Shown: positions 27,083-38,425 of the stretch, piece by piece
Position numbering within the stretch: the first letter of the stretch is position 1
Layout: each line of letters opens with the position of its first letter
Assembly (NCBI RefSeq): GCF_003018235.1
Contig: NZ_CP027437.1
Source: Escherichia coli
GTDB taxonomy: Bacteria; Pseudomonadota; Gammaproteobacteria; Enterobacterales; Enterobacteriaceae
Direction: 5' to 3' (one strand)
Length of the DNA stretch: 64,000 bases
The notes under the pieces: model-generated
What the model saw: the letters and a program-made list of their open reading frames with translations, nothing else
Told to the model about the DNA's origin: nothing
Databases searched by the model: none
Program-made: the position numbers and the translations under genes

Positions 27083-27831
27083 TTATCATGAAACAGACAG
27101 AATCAGACATTCTGGCGCATGCCCGGCGGTGTGCGCCAGCGGAGTCGTGCGGCTTCGTGATAACCACGCCGGAGGGTGAACGGTACCAGCCGTGTGTGAA
27201 TATTTCCGCAGAGCCGGAGGCGTATTTTCGTATTGCTCCGGAAGACTGGCTGCGGGCGAAGATGTCGGGGGAGATTGTGGCGCTGGTCCACAGTCATCCC
27301 GGCGGCCTGGCCTGGCTGAGTGAGGCAGACCGGCGTCTGCAGATAAAAAGCGCACTGTCCTGGTGGCTGGTCTGCCGGGGAGACATTCATAAATTCCGCT
27401 GTGTTCCACACCTGACCGGGCGGCGTTTTGAGCACGGGGTGACGGACTGTTACACGCTGTTCCGGGATGCATACCATCTGGCGGGGATTGAGATGCCGGA
27501 TTTTCACCGCGAGGATGAGTGGTGGCGAAACGGTCAGAACCTGTACCTGGACAATATGGAGGCAACGGGCTTTTACCGGGTGCCCCTGTCCTCTGCACAG
27601 GCGGGCGATATTCTGCTGTGCTGCTTTGGTTCATCGGTACCGAACCATGCCGCGGTTTACTGTGGCAACGGCGAGCTGCTTCACCATATACCTGAACAAC
27701 TGAGTAAACGGGAGAGGTATTCCGAAAAATGGCAACGACGAACGCATTCAGTCTGGCGTCACCGCCACTGGCACGCATCTGCCTTCACGGGGATTTACAA
27801 CGATTTGGCCGCCGCATCAGCCTGTATGTGA
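27079..27831 (+). CDS. tail tip assembly protein K (JAB/MPN plus NlpC/P60-like)
   Basis: VALVHSHPGG JAB/MPN motif; overlaps L and I; start GTG 27079 or ATG 27088. Confidence 0.7.
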   Translation: MIIMKQTESDILAHARRCAPAESCGFVITTPEGERYQPCVNISAEPEAYFRIAPEDWLRAKMSGEIVALVHSHPGGLAWLSEADRRLQIKSALSWWLVCRGDIHKFRCVPHLTGRRFEHGVTDCYTLFRDAYHLAGIEMPDFHREDEWWRNGQNLYLDNMEATGFYRVPLSSAQAGDILLCCFGSSVPNHAAVYCGNGELLHHIPEQLSKRERYSEKWQRRTHSVWRHRHWHASAFTGIYNDLAAASACM

Positions 27832-28373
27832 ACACGGCAGCGGAGGCCATCCGTGCCCTGTCGTTACAGGTGCCCGGTTTTCGCCGTCAGATGAACGAAG
27901 GCTGGTACCGGGTGCGTATTGCCGGTGAGGATACCTCGCCGGAACAGATAATGACACGACTGCATGAGCCGTTGAGCCACGGGGATATCATTCATCTGAT
28001 CCCCCGGACCGAAGGTGCCAAAAGCGGTGGTGTTTTTCAGGCGGTGCTGGGAGCTGCACTGGTTGTTGCCTCCATCTGGATGCCGGGTATCGGTATTGCT
28101 GCCAGCAACATTATGTTTTCCATGGGGGCAGCAATGGCGCTGGGGGGTGTCGCACAACTGCTGGCCCCGAAGGCAAAGACGCCGGAGTACAGAAGCACGG
28201 ATAACGGTAAACAGAACACGTATTTCTCCTCACTGGACAACATGATTGCCCAGGGCAACCCGATGCCGGTGCCTTATGGTGAGATGCTGGTGGGTTCACG
28301 ACGGATATCCCAGGACATCAGCACCCGGGATGAAGGCGGTGACGGAAAAGTGGTGGTTATCGGTCGGGGGTGA
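27729..28373 (+). CDS. tail assembly protein I
   Basis: Strong match to lambda I recalled from memory (ARICLHGDLQRFGRRI, GAKSGGVFQ, DNGKQNTYFSSLDNM). Confidence 0.85.
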   Translation: MATTNAFSLASPPLARICLHGDLQRFGRRISLYVNTAAEAIRALSLQVPGFRRQMNEGWYRVRIAGEDTSPEQIMTRLHEPLSHGDIIHLIPRTEGAKSGGVFQAVLGAALVVASIWMPGIGIAASNIMFSMGAAMALGGVAQLLAPKAKTPEYRSTDNGKQNTYFSSLDNMIAQGNPMPVPYGEMLVGSRRISQDISTRDEGGDGKVVVIGRG

Positions 28374-28618
28374 GAATAAAAAAATACCCACAGTGTTGGC
28401 CAGGCTGTGGGGAATACGATGAAAAACCATGTGAAGGAGTTATTTTTATGTACGGTGAAACTGTAACGCTGTGCAATTATCAGCGCCACAGGTATTTTGC
28501 AGAAATGTGAAGAAATTCAGAATTTTTATTCAGTCAGTCAACAGACAGGCACCCCACGGGGTGCCTGTTGTTTTTGGGTATAAACAGATTCAGGCATCAG
28601 GCTGGACAGGGGGACAGA

Positions 28619-31600
28619 GTGGGTAAAGGTGGTGGTAAGGCGCACACGCCGGTTGAGGCGAAAGATAACCTGAAATCCACGCAGATGATGAGCGTGATTG
28701 ACGCGATTGGCGAAGGCCCGGTGGAAGGTCCGGTTAACGGTCTGCAGAGTATTCTGGTGAACAAAACCCCGCTGACGGACACGGACGGCAATCCCGTGAT
28801 ACACGGTGTGACAGCCGTCTGGCGTGCCGGGGAGCAGGAGCAGACACCGCCGGAAGGCTTTGAGTCCTCCGGGGCGGAAACCGCGCTGGGTGTGGAAGTC
28901 ACGAAGGCAAAGCCGGTGACGCGCACCATCACATCAGCGAACATTGACCGTCTGCGGGTGACCTTCGGGGTGCAGTCACTGGTGGAGACCACCTCACAGG
29001 GTGACCGTAATCCTTCTTCAGTCCGCCTGCTGATTCAGGTGCAGCGTAACGGCAACTGGGTGACGGAGAAGGATATCACCATTAACGGCAAGACCACCTC
29101 GCAGTACCTGGCGTCGGTGATAATCGGTAACCTGCCTCCCCGCCCCTTTAACATCCGGATGGTCAGGGAAACGGCGGACAGCACCACGGACCAGCTGCAG
29201 AACAGGACGCTGTGGTCGTCATACACCGAAATCATCGATGTGAAACAGGGTTACCCGAACACGGCCATTGTGGGGCTGCAGGTGGATGCGGAGCAGTTCG
29301 GCGGCCAGCAGATGACGGTGAACTACCATATCCGCGGTCGCATCATCCAGGTGCCGTCAAACTATGACCCGGAAAAACGCACATACAGCGGTATCTGGGA
29401 CGGGAGTCTCAAACCGGCATACAGCAACAACCCGGCCTGGTGCCTGTGGGACATGCTGACGCACCCGCGCTACGGGATGGGAAAACGCCTGGGGGCAGCG
29501 GATGTGGACAAGTGGGCACTGTATGCCATCGGACAGTACTGTGACCAGCGTGTTCCGGACGGCTTCGGAGGGACAGAGCCGCGGATGACGTTTAATGCGT
29601 ACCTGTCACAGCAGCGTAAGGCGTGGGACGTTCTCAGTGATTTCTGCTCGGCAATGCGCTGTATGCCGGTATGGAACGGCCAGACGCTGACGTTCGTTCA
29701 GGACCGCCCGTCGGATGTGGTGTGGCCGTACACCAACAGCGATGTGGTGGCGGATGATAACGGCGTGGGGTTCCGCTACAGCTTCAGCGCCCTGAAGGAC
29801 CGGCACACGGCGGTGGAGGTGAACTGGACCGACCCGCAGAACGGCTGGCAGACCTCCACAGAGCTGGTTGAGGACCCGGAAGCGATACTGCGCTACGGGC
29901 GCAATCTGCTGAAGATGGATGCGTTCGGCTGTACCAGCCGCGGTCAGGCCCACCGTGCCGGACTGTGGGTGATAAAGACCGAACTGCTGGAAACACAGAC
30001 GGTGGATTTCACACTCGGGTCACAGGGGCTGCGCCACACGCCGGGTGACATCATTGAAATCTGTGATAACGACTATGCCGGGACCATGACCGGCGGGCGC
30101 ATTCTGTCCGTTGACGCTGGCAGCCGGACCCTGACGCTGGACCGTGAGGTGACGCTTCCGGAAACCGGCACATCCACGGTGAACCTGATTAACGGCAGCG
30201 GTAAGCCGGTAAGTGTGGACATCACCGCACAACCGGCCCCTGACCGGATACAGGTCAGCGCCCTGCCAGATGGCGTGGAGACATACGGTGTGTGGGGACT
30301 GAAAATACCCGGTCTTCGCCGTCGCCTGTTCCGCTGTGTGTCCATCCGGGAAAACACGGACGGCACCTTTGCCATCACGGCGGTGCAGCATGTGCCGGAG
30401 AAGGAAGCCATTGTGGATAACGGGGCCACCTTTGAGCCGCTGTCCGGTTCGCTGAACAGTGTCACACCTCCTGCCGTGCAGCACCTCACGGTGGCGGTGA
30501 GTGCGTCTGACGGCCAGTATCTGGCGCAGGCGAAATGGGACACGCCACGGGTGGTGAAGGGCGTGCGCTTCAGTCTTCGCCTGACCAGCGGAAGCGGAGA
30601 AGACAGCCGTCTGGTGACCACTGCCATCACCGCAGACACGGAGCACCGTTTCAGTGGCCTGCCGCTCGGGGAATACACCCTGACCGTGAGAGCGATAAAC
30701 AGTTACGGCCAGCAGGGGGAGCCTGCCGGTACCACGTTCCGGATTGACGCCCCGGCAGCGCCTGTAACCATTGAACTGATACCGGGATATTTTCAGATAA
30801 CGGCGGTCCCGAAACTGGCCATTTATGACCCGACGGTGCAGTTTGAGTTCTGGCTCTCGGAAAAGCAGATTGCGGATGTTCGTCAGGTTGAAACCACCGC
30901 CCGTTATCTTGGTACGGCGCTGTACTGGAGTACCGCCAGTAATATCAGGCCGGGGTATGATTATTATTTTTATATCCGCAGCGTCAACCTGGTGGGCAAA
31001 TCGGCATTCGTGGAGGCCGTCGGCCGGGCCAGCGATGATGCGGAAGGTTACCTGGATTTTTACAAAGGGCTGATTAATAAAACACATCTCGGTAAAGAGC
31101 TGCTGGAAAACGCTGAACTGACGGAGGATAACGCCAGTAAGCTGGAGCAGTTCTCGAAAGAGTGGAAGGACGCGAACGATAAATGGAATGCCATGTGGGG
31201 CGTCAGAATTGAGCAGACCGAAGACGGTAAGCATTATGTTGCCGGGCTTGGTCTCAGCATGGAGGATACGGAAGAAGGCAAGCTGAGCCAGTTTCTGGTT
31301 GCCGCCAGCCGTATTGCGTTTATTGACCCGGCAAACGGGAATGAAACGCCGATGTTTGTGGCGCAGGACGGGCAGATATTCATGAACGACGTGTTCCTGA
31401 AACGCCTGACGGCTCCCACCATTACCAGCGGCGGAAATCCACCGGTATTTTCCCTGACACCGGACGGAAAGCTGACTGCCAGAAATGCGGATATCAGCGG
31501 CAGTATCACCGCCAGTTCGGGTACGCTCAACAATGTGACGATAAACCAGGACTGTGTGATTAAGGGCAATTTATCCGCGGCACAGATAACCGGAGATATT

Positions 31601-31915
31601 GCGAAGACGTATGTGCTTAACGGGAACAGTGTGTATATCCCTGCTCAGGTATTTACCATGAATCTGGTGATGCTGGGCGGTGCCGGACACCTGTACTTTA
31701 ACGGTAACGAGCAGACACCGGTTTCCTCTGCGATCCTTTCGAGGATGCAGACAGACAGTGTCTGGAGCGGCGGAAGTCCGGGGCATGGTGGCGGCAGTTA
31801 CAGACCTGTTTACAGCACAATCTGGATCAAGGTGTTCAGGCTTAATGCGGGGACACCCGTGACGGTGTCGGTTTCAGACAATGCCGTGACGGTTATCTGG
31901 ATGTCGAAGGCGTAA
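28619..31915 (+). CDS. central tail fibre / host specificity protein J with divergent C-terminal receptor-binding region
   Basis: GTG start giving [11 protein letters not shown]; near-colinear to lambda J for about 980 aa; last about 110 aa unrelated to lambda J. Confidence 0.9.
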   Translation: MGKGGGKAHTPVEAKDNLKSTQMMSVIDAIGEGPVEGPVNGLQSILVNKTPLTDTDGNPVIHGVTAVWRAGEQEQTPPEGFESSGAETALGVEVTKAKPVTRTITSANIDRLRVTFGVQSLVETTSQGDRNPSSVRLLIQVQRNGNWVTEKDITINGKTTSQYLASVIIGNLPPRPFNIRMVRETADSTTDQLQNRTLWSSYTEIIDVKQGYPNTAIVGLQVDAEQFGGQQMTVNYHIRGRIIQVPSNYDPEKRTYSGIWDGSLKPAYSNNPAWCLWDMLTHPRYGMGKRLGAADVDKWALYAIGQYCDQRVPDGFGGTEPRMTFNAYLSQQRKAWDVLSDFCSAMRCMPVWNGQTLTFVQDRPSDVVWPYTNSDVVADDNGVGFRYSFSALKDRHTAVEVNWTDPQNGWQTSTELVEDPEAILRYGRNLLKMDAFGCTSRGQAHRAGLWVIKTELLETQTVDFTLGSQGLRHTPGDIIEICDNDYAGTMTGGRILSVDAGSRTLTLDREVTLPETGTSTVNLINGSGKPVSVDITAQPAPDRIQVSALPDGVETYGVWGLKIPGLRRRLFRCVSIRENTDGTFAITAVQHVPEKEAIVDNGATFEPLSGSLNSVTPPAVQHLTVAVSASDGQYLAQAKWDTPRVVKGVRFSLRLTSGSGEDSRLVTTAITADTEHRFSGLPLGEYTLTVRAINSYGQQGEPAGTTFRIDAPAAPVTIELIPGYFQITAVPKLAIYDPTVQFEFWLSEKQIADVRQVETTARYLGTALYWSTASNIRPGYDYYFYIRSVNLVGKSAFVEAVGRASDDAEGYLDFYKGLINKTHLGKELLENAELTEDNASKLEQFSKEWKDANDKWNAMWGVRIEQTEDGKHYVAGLGLSMEDTEEGKLSQFLVAASRIAFIDPANGNETPMFVAQDGQIFMNDVFLKRLTAPTITSGGNPPVFSLTPDGKLTARNADISGSITASSGTLNNVTINQDCVIKGNLSAAQITGDIAKTYVLNGNSVYIPAQVFTMNLVMLGGAGHLYFNGNEQTPVSSAILSRMQTDSVWSGGSPGHGGGSYRPVYSTIWIKVFRLNAGTPVTVSVSDNAVTVIWMSKA

Positions 31916-32001
31916 ATTTGTTAACTCGTTGAAATATTTATAACCCCGGTACGGGCACCAGAAATGGTGCCTTTTTTATTGCAGAAAAGCGAGAGGTCAT
32001 T

Positions 32002-32601
32002 ATGCGTAAATTATGTGCAGTTATTTTGTCTGCAGCTGTCTGGCTGGTTGCTGCTGTTGTGCCAGCGGGTGCCGCAGAGTATCAGTCCACACTGAGTGCC
32101 GGATATCTTCATGCCCGTTCCGGGATGTCCGGCAGTGATGATTCAGCCGGATTCAATGTGAAATACCGTTATGAATTAACGGACACACTGGGGATGGTGA
32201 CGTCATTCAGCTATGCAGGAGACAGGAATTGCCAGCTGACCCGTTACAGCGATACCCGCTGGCATGAGGATTCCGTGCGTAACCGCTGGTTCAGCGTGAT
32301 GGCGGGGCCGTCTGTGCGCGTGAATGAATGGTTCAGCGCGTATGCGATGGCGGGTGTTGCTTACAGCCGTGTGTCGACCTTCTCCGGGGATTATCTTCGC
32401 GTGACTGACAACAAGGGAAAAACGCACGATGTGCTGACCGGAAGTGATGACGGTCGCCACAGCAACACGTCACCGGCGTGGGGGGCTGGCGTGCAGTTTA
32501 ACCCGACCGAATCCGTGGCCATTGATATTGCTTATGAAGGCTCCGGCAGTGGTGACTGGCGCACTGACGGTTTCATTGTGGGTGTCGGTTATAAATTCTG
32601 A
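32002..32601 (+). CDS. lom: Lom-like outer membrane protein (Ail/Lom/PagC family)
   Basis: Signal peptide and beta-barrel pattern; position after J as in lambda. Confidence 0.8.
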   Translation: MRKLCAVILSAAVWLVAAVVPAGAAEYQSTLSAGYLHARSGMSGSDDSAGFNVKYRYELTDTLGMVTSFSYAGDRNCQLTRYSDTRWHEDSVRNRWFSVMAGPSVRVNEWFSAYAMAGVAYSRVSTFSGDYLRVTDNKGKTHDVLTGSDDGRHSNTSPAWGAGVQFNPTESVAIDIAYEGSGSGDWRTDGFIVGVGYKF

Positions 32602-32665
32602 TTAGCCAGGTGACACAGTGTTATGACAGCCCGCCGGTTCAGGCGGGCTTTTTTGTGGGGGGAAT

Positions 32666-33859
32666 ATGCCAGTACAGATTTCAGGTGTGCTGAAGGATGG
32701 TACAGGAAAACCGGTACCGGAGTGCACCATAGAGCTGAAAGCCGTGAGAACCAGTGAGACGGTGGTGGTCACCACGGTGGCGGAGTGTCAGCCGGGGGAA
32801 ACAGGCAGTTACAGCATGCAGGTTGAGCCGGGGCGTTATCGTGTGACCCTGTGCGTGGAAGGTCGCCAGCCAGCATATGCCGGAGAGATTGATGTCATGG
32901 CAGACGACAAACCGGGTACCCTGAATGCCTTTCTGCTCCGTGAAACGGATGCTGCGTATTACCCTGATGCACTGAAGAAACTGGAAGCGGCGGCGGATGA
33001 GGCTGTGCGCAGGGCGCGGGAAGCTGCTGAGAAAGCGGAAACTGCCGTGGGGCCACAGGGGCCAAAGGGAGATAAAGGCGAGAAGGGGGAGCAGGGGCCA
33101 AAGGGTGATAAGGGAGACACCGGTGCACAGGGGCCGAAGGGAGAAACCGGCGCTAAGGGTGACAAAGGTGATACAGGCCCCGCAGGTCCGAAAGGTGAGC
33201 GGGGCGACCCTGGCGGCCCACAGGGGCCAAAAGGGGATACGGGAGCCGCAGGTCCGGCAGGCCCACAGGGGCCGAAAGGGGATACCGGAGCCACAGGCCC
33301 GGCAGGCCCACAGGGACCAAAAGGAGATACCGGAGCCGCAGGTCCGGCAGGCCCACAGGGACCGAAAGGAGATACAGGAGCCACCGGTCCGGCAGGCCCA
33401 CAGGGACCGAAAGGAGATACGGGGGCCGCAGGCCCGGCAGGCCCACCGGGACCGAAAGGAGATACCGGAGCCACTGGTCCGGCAGGCCCACTGGGACCGA
33501 AAGGGGATACGGGAGCCACCGGTCCGGCAGGTCCGCAGGGGCCGAAAGGCGATACCGGAGCCACCGGTCCGGCAGGTCCGCAGGGTCCGGCGGGAAGTTC
33601 TGACAGCGGGTTGTTTGGCGTCGGTTCTTTTGTTCTTGCAGCGTATTACCCGACGAGTTACTCGGGGGACATGCCACCGGGCACAACTGTTGCCGGGTCA
33701 TCACTGTCTGCATGCTGCCTTTCGAATGGTACTCCCCTGATTGCGTCCGGTAATGTGGGGGAAACCCGTTTACCGGGGACGTGGCGTGCATGTGGTCCGT
33801 TAATATGGACATCTGCTGCGGGTATCAGACAGGCAGGATTATTTCAGCGCATATCATGA
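32666..33859 (+). CDS. side tail fibre protein (Stf-like) with collagen-like Gly-X-Y repeats
   Basis: N-terminus [17 protein letters not shown] matches lambda Stf N-terminus; about 160 aa of GPKGDTGA-type triplets. Confidence 0.75.
   Translation: MPVQISGVLKDGTGKPVPECTIELKAVRTSETVVVTTVAECQPGETGSYSMQVEPGRYRVTLCVEGRQPAYAGEIDVMADDKPGTLNAFLLRETDAAYYPDALKKLEAAADEAVRRAREAAEKAETAVGPQGPKGDKGEKGEQGPKGDKGDTGAQGPKGETGAKGDKGDTGPAGPKGERGDPGGPQGPKGDTGAAGPAGPQGPKGDTGATGPAGPQGPKGDTGAAGPAGPQGPKGDTGATGPAGPQGPKGDTGAAGPAGPPGPKGDTGATGPAGPLGPKGDTGATGPAGPQGPKGDTGATGPAGPQGPAGSSDSGLFGVGSFVLAAYYPTSYSGDMPPGTTVAGSSLSACCLSNGTPLIASGNVGETRLPGTWRACGPLIWTSAAGIRQAGLFQRIS
33040..33600 (+). repeat. tandem 45-bp (15-aa [15 protein letters not shown]) collagen-like repeats inside stf
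   Basis: Repeated nucleotide unit read directly; generates spurious ORFs on both strands. Confidence 0.7.
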
Positions 33860-33869
33860 GGAGGTCAGG

Positions 33870-34475
33870 GTGGATAAGGGAAAAGAGATTCTTGCAGTAC
33901 GAAATGCCGGTTACAACGAATACGGCGGTATAAACTGTGAGGTGCAGTTTGAAGGCGCGGTGAATGAAAAAGGTGAAGCGTTATGGCTGCCATATACGGC
34001 AACGGAAACGGATAATACTGAACACGGAAAAGCATTATGGTCTGGTCTGACAGCAGGAAAGTACGGAGATGTGACCGCCTTTGCTGCCACGGAAGCTGTT
34101 CTTGAGGCGGCAAAATCGGTGAAAAGGGAGGAGATTAATCTCTGGCGGGACGTGCAGGAAAATATGGAATACGTGATGGAATTCAACGGAAGAAAATGGG
34201 ATTACGGCAAGAAGACATTGTCCAGGATAAGCACGACGCGCCTGATGGCGGAAAAAAACAGTCTTCCGGAAGGATTTGCGTGGACGGATGGTGAAAATAA
34301 TGTGGTGCCGGTGACGGCGGCGGAAGTTATCGCGCTGTCGGATGCGATAGAGAAGGCGATGTTTGCGAAGGGGGTGGAGATTAACACCAGACAGTTGCAG
34401 ATGAAAGCAGAGGTTGAGGCGCTGACAGAGCTGAAGTCCATCAGAAGTTATGTTGTTGGCTGGCCTGCCAGTTGA
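33870..34475 (+). CDS. hypothetical protein in tail-fibre-assembly position, not lambda Tfa-like
   Basis: GAGGAGG RBS then GTG; 201 aa; no similarity to lambda Tfa recalled. Confidence 0.4.
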   Translation: MDKGKEILAVRNAGYNEYGGINCEVQFEGAVNEKGEALWLPYTATETDNTEHGKALWSGLTAGKYGDVTAFAATEAVLEAAKSVKREEINLWRDVQENMEYVMEFNGRKWDYGKKTLSRISTTRLMAEKNSLPEGFAWTDGENNVVPVTAAEVIALSDAIEKAMFAKGVEINTRQLQMKAEVEALTELKSIRSYVVGWPAS

Positions 34476-35135
34476 ATAAAAAAAGCGGGGCCACCCCCGG
34501 GCCCCGACATAACGAAGTATCAGATGTTTATAATTATTAGCTTACTAACTGTGCCATATCAGAATACTGCAGGAAGTGATGTTGTTATCATTTTTGCAAG
34601 CAGGGCGTTTCTGGAGGGAATCGATTGGTGATGGAGTGTGCAATGATGAAGGGAATAAGCCTCTGCAAAACAAAAAAAGACTTTAACAAAATCAAGCTCG
34701 CTTAGTGGCGCATCTGCCCGTATCCGCACCAGTCGTCCGGAAAATGATTCAAACACCGGGCGGCAAAAGTATTACCAGTGTAGCAACCTGGAATGCGGCG
34801 TATGCTTCTCAACTCTGGCAGCTTTCCATAAATTCACATCGAAACACGCTTCCGGCGTTCACTCTTCAGAAGGTATCCCGTGGCATGAACTGCCAGCTTC
34901 ACACTGGTGAAACAATCAGATGACTTTTCCTTTACCTCAAATTAACAGGCAGAATTGCCGGAGTAACAAAAAAACGATAGATTACGCGCGGGTGCCTTTC
35001 GGCTGATGGTCGGAGGGAATACCCGAAGGCCAGATGTGGAAAGGCCCCGGAAAACACTTTTGTTTAACCGAGGCCCTAACCGTCTACCCTAAGCAAGTGA
35101 TAGGTTAGCGCCTCCCCGAAAAAGGAGCAAGCGCT

Positions 35136-35276
35136 ATGTCGCAAAAATCGCTGATCGCCATCACGCTCTGCGTGACAGCAACCCTCATCATCTGGATATT
35201 GCACGGTTCGCTGTGTGAGATACGGATGAGTTTCTGGGGAGCGGAGTTTGCGGCGTTCTTACAGTGTAAGCAGTAA
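35136..35276 (+). CDS. Hok/Gef-family type I toxin (46 aa)
   Basis: AAGGAG RBS; TM helix then SLCEIR...EFAAFLQCK matching Hok signature SLCEIRYRDGHREVAAF (from memory); structured flanking RNA. Confidence 0.6.
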   Translation: MSQKSLIAITLCVTATLIIWILHGSLCEIRMSFWGAEFAAFLQCKQ

Positions 35277-35417
35277 GGAGACCGCGACGGGGGAGTAATC
35301 CCCCGTCAATCGGTTGTCAGGGTAAGGTCGAAGTGGCACCCAAATTTAAATAGAGGCCCACCAGTAAGAGTAAGAGCGGTGGGCTTAGCACTTGTTTAAA
35401 TTTGAAAGGAATTCTTT

Positions 35418-35714
35418 ATGAGTGAAATGGTATTTTGTCGCGGCTGCGGCAAGGAAATACATAAAAATGCCATATCTTGCCCCAATTGTGGAGCACCTCA
35501 AAGAACAGCAAGTTCAAAAAGCAGGATTACAGCTGCACTACTGGCTTTCTTTTTTGGTGGTCTCGGTGCACACAAATTTTATTTAGGTAAAGTGGGACAA
35601 GGATTTCTTTATCTTATTTTTTGCTGGACATTCATTCCGGCAATCGTGGCTTTTATTGAGTTTATTATCTATCTATGCACCTCAGATGAAGATTTCGCCC
35701 GCAAATATGGCTGA
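35418..35714 (+). CDS. zinc-ribbon plus TM2-domain membrane protein (98 aa)
   Basis: CRGCG...CPNCG zinc ribbon; TM2-like motif FFFGGLGAHKFYLG and two TM helices. Confidence 0.6.
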   Translation: MSEMVFCRGCGKEIHKNAISCPNCGAPQRTASSKSRITAALLAFFFGGLGAHKFYLGKVGQGFLYLIFCWTFIPAIVAFIEFIIYLCTSDEDFARKYG

Positions 35715-35749
35715 CATCTAGCGGACGAATCAGAATGACAAACCCGCAA

Positions 35750-35780
35750 CCCGCAGCGTAAAAACTGCGGGTTTTCTTTT
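35750..35780 (+). terminator. intrinsic terminator after TM2-domain gene
   Basis: CCCGCAG...CTGCGGG hairpin followed by TTTTCTTTT. Confidence 0.6.
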
Positions 35781-35960
35781 GCTACCCATCACGAATGAGG
35801 GCACCATAAAGAAAGCCCACAGCATAGTGGTTGCGGGCTTTTTACATTCAAAGATGGACGTTTTATGGACATTGAAAGTTTAAATCCTTTAACTTTCAAC
35901 TGGTTGATGCTAATTTTAACGCACCCGAAGGCGCGTTGGCGATACACTCAATATAAAGGA

Positions 35961-36356
<396 letters not shown>

Positions 36357-36572
36357 TCAAAATGTGTGATGGAAATCTCATAATTTTGTCACTTTTTGTC
36401 AACGAATCTTTTTTGTGAGAAATCGCAGGAAGAGGTGTTTTTTTACTTGAGGAATATCTCAAAGCGAGCCATATTTGATGAGATCGATAGTGACTAAATC
36501 GCTTCAGTTTCACAACTAACAGAATAAAAAAACGGCAGCTCAAGGGCTGCCGTTTTGTGTTTCAGGTTTTTG

Positions 36573-37310
36573 TTATGTATTGCTGCTGTTTGCAGCGATG
36601 ATTTTCGCTACTTTTTCAGCTTGCGCATTCATCTGCATCTGACGGTATGCATTTTCCATCAGCGGCAGCGCATCACGCGTCGCCTGGGTATCCGGGTAGT
36701 CGCGCAACATGCCTTCTACGCGGTTAACGACGGCAACCCATGCACCACGTTCTGTATAGTACTCGGCAACGGAGTATTCATATTTCGCCAGACGATCTTT
36801 CAGGAATACCAGACGTTTGGTGGCATCGGTGGTGTACTGACTGTTCGGATAGCCGCGCACCAGTTTGGAAAAGTCACTAAACGCAGCTCGTGCATGTTGA
36901 GGATCGCGATCGCTACGGTCAACGCCAAAGAACCCTTGCAGCGCACTGTCATCGAGCGCCATATTGGTCAGGCCACGCATGTACATGACATAATCGATAT
37001 TCGGATGGGTCGGGTTAAGGCGAATAAAACGATCGATGGCAGCCTGTGCTAACGGCAAATCGGCGTTTTTATAGTAGGCGTAGATGAGATCCAGCTGCAC
37101 CTGCTGCGAATATGGACCAAACGGATAGCGATTATCTAACGCTTCCAGTTGCGTTATTGCCTGTCTCCAGTTACCGTCCTGCAGCTTTTGTTGTGCAGTC
37201 GCGTAAATTTCATTTGGCGGATTATCAGGTACTTCTTCCTTTGACCCCGAGCAACCCGCCAAAAACAGGCTTAGTGTGGCGGCTGCCACCAGATATTTCA
37301 TGCGCGTCAT
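36573..37310 (-). CDS. bamD: outer membrane protein assembly factor BamD
   Basis: 245 aa, lipoprotein signal LAGCSG, TPR-like; K-12 synteny. Confidence 0.95.
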
Positions 37311-37444
37311 GACGTTTTGACTTTCCTCAAAATGTAATACGGGAGATTCTCTGTTCCTGCTCCCGGTTAAGACCAGCTACAATAGCACACTATATTAAAC
37401 GGCAAAGCCGTAAAACCCCAACGATAAACGAAGAAGCAGTATAT

Positions 37445-38425
37445 ATGGCACAACGAGTACAGCTCACTGCAACGGTGTCCGAAAACCAACTCGGTCAACG
37501 CTTAGATCAGGCTTTGGCCGAAATGTTCCCGGATTATTCACGTTCGCGGATAAAAGAATGGATCCTCGACCAGCGCGTGCTGGTTAACGGCAAAGTTTGT
37601 GATAAGCCGAAAGAAAAAGTATTGGGTGGCGAGCAGGTTGCCATCAACGCAGAGATTGAAGAAGAAGCGCGTTTTGAACCGCAGGATATCCCGCTGGATA
37701 TCGTCTATGAAGATGAAGACATCATCGTCATTAATAAACCGCGCGACCTGGTGGTTCATCCTGGCGCGGGTAACCCGGATGGCACGGTACTGAATGCGTT
37801 GCTTCATTACTATCCGCCCATTGCCGATGTACCGCGTGCGGGCATCGTCCATCGTCTGGATAAAGACACCACTGGCCTGATGGTTGTGGCAAAAACCGTT
37901 CCGGCTCAGACGCGTTTAGTCGAATCTTTGCAACGGCGTGAAATTACTCGTGAGTATGAAGCGGTGGCAATTGGTCATATGACCGCTGGCGGTACAGTAG
38001 ATGAACCAATCAGCCGCCACCCGACCAAACGTACTCACATGGCGGTACATCCCATGGGCAAACCGGCGGTCACTCACTATCGCATCATGGAACACTTCCG
38101 TGTGCACACGCGTCTGCGGTTGCGTCTGGAAACCGGACGTACGCACCAGATCCGCGTGCATATGGCCCATATCACTCATCCGCTGGTGGGCGATCCGGTT
38201 TATGGTGGCCGTCCGCGTCCGCCAAAAGGTGCTTCGGAAGCGTTTATCTCCACGCTGCGTAAGTTTGACCGCCAGGCGCTTCATGCAACCATGTTGCGTC
38301 TTTATCACCCAATCTCCGGCATCGAAATGGAATGGCATGCGCCTATTCCACAAGATATGGTGGAGCTGATTGAGGTGATGCGCGCCGATTTCGAAGAGCA
38401 TAAGGATGAAGTGGACTGGTTATGA
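37445..38425 (+). CDS. rluD: 23S rRNA pseudouridine synthase RluD
   Basis: 326 aa; S4 domain and RluA-family catalytic motif HRLDKDTTGL. Confidence 0.95.
   Translation: MAQRVQLTATVSENQLGQRLDQALAEMFPDYSRSRIKEWILDQRVLVNGKVCDKPKEKVLGGEQVAINAEIEEEARFEPQDIPLDIVYEDEDIIVINKPRDLVVHPGAGNPDGTVLNALLHYYPPIADVPRAGIVHRLDKDTTGLMVVAKTVPAQTRLVESLQRREITREYEAVAIGHMTAGGTVDEPISRHPTKRTHMAVHPMGKPAVTHYRIMEHFRVHTRLRLRLETGRTHQIRVHMAHITHPLVGDPVYGGRPRPPKGASEAFISTLRKFDRQALHATMLRLYHPISGIEMEWHAPIPQDMVELIEVMRADFEEHKDEVDWL

Noticed and set aside
33040-33600. Possible CRISPR array (regular direct repeats)
   Set aside because: The repeats are contiguous 45-bp coding units without spacers and lie inside a tail fibre gene; no cas genes in the window.
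32959-33740. Overlapping ORFs on both strands within the stf repeat region (32959..33564 minus, 32997..33740 plus)
   Set aside because: Artefacts of the collagen-like tandem repeat; the Gly-X-Y frame with a lambda Stf-like N-terminus is the real one.
1-35900. Integrase, excisionase and att core
   Set aside because: No tyrosine or serine recombinase ORF in the window; the prophage left end is outside it, so att cannot be defined.
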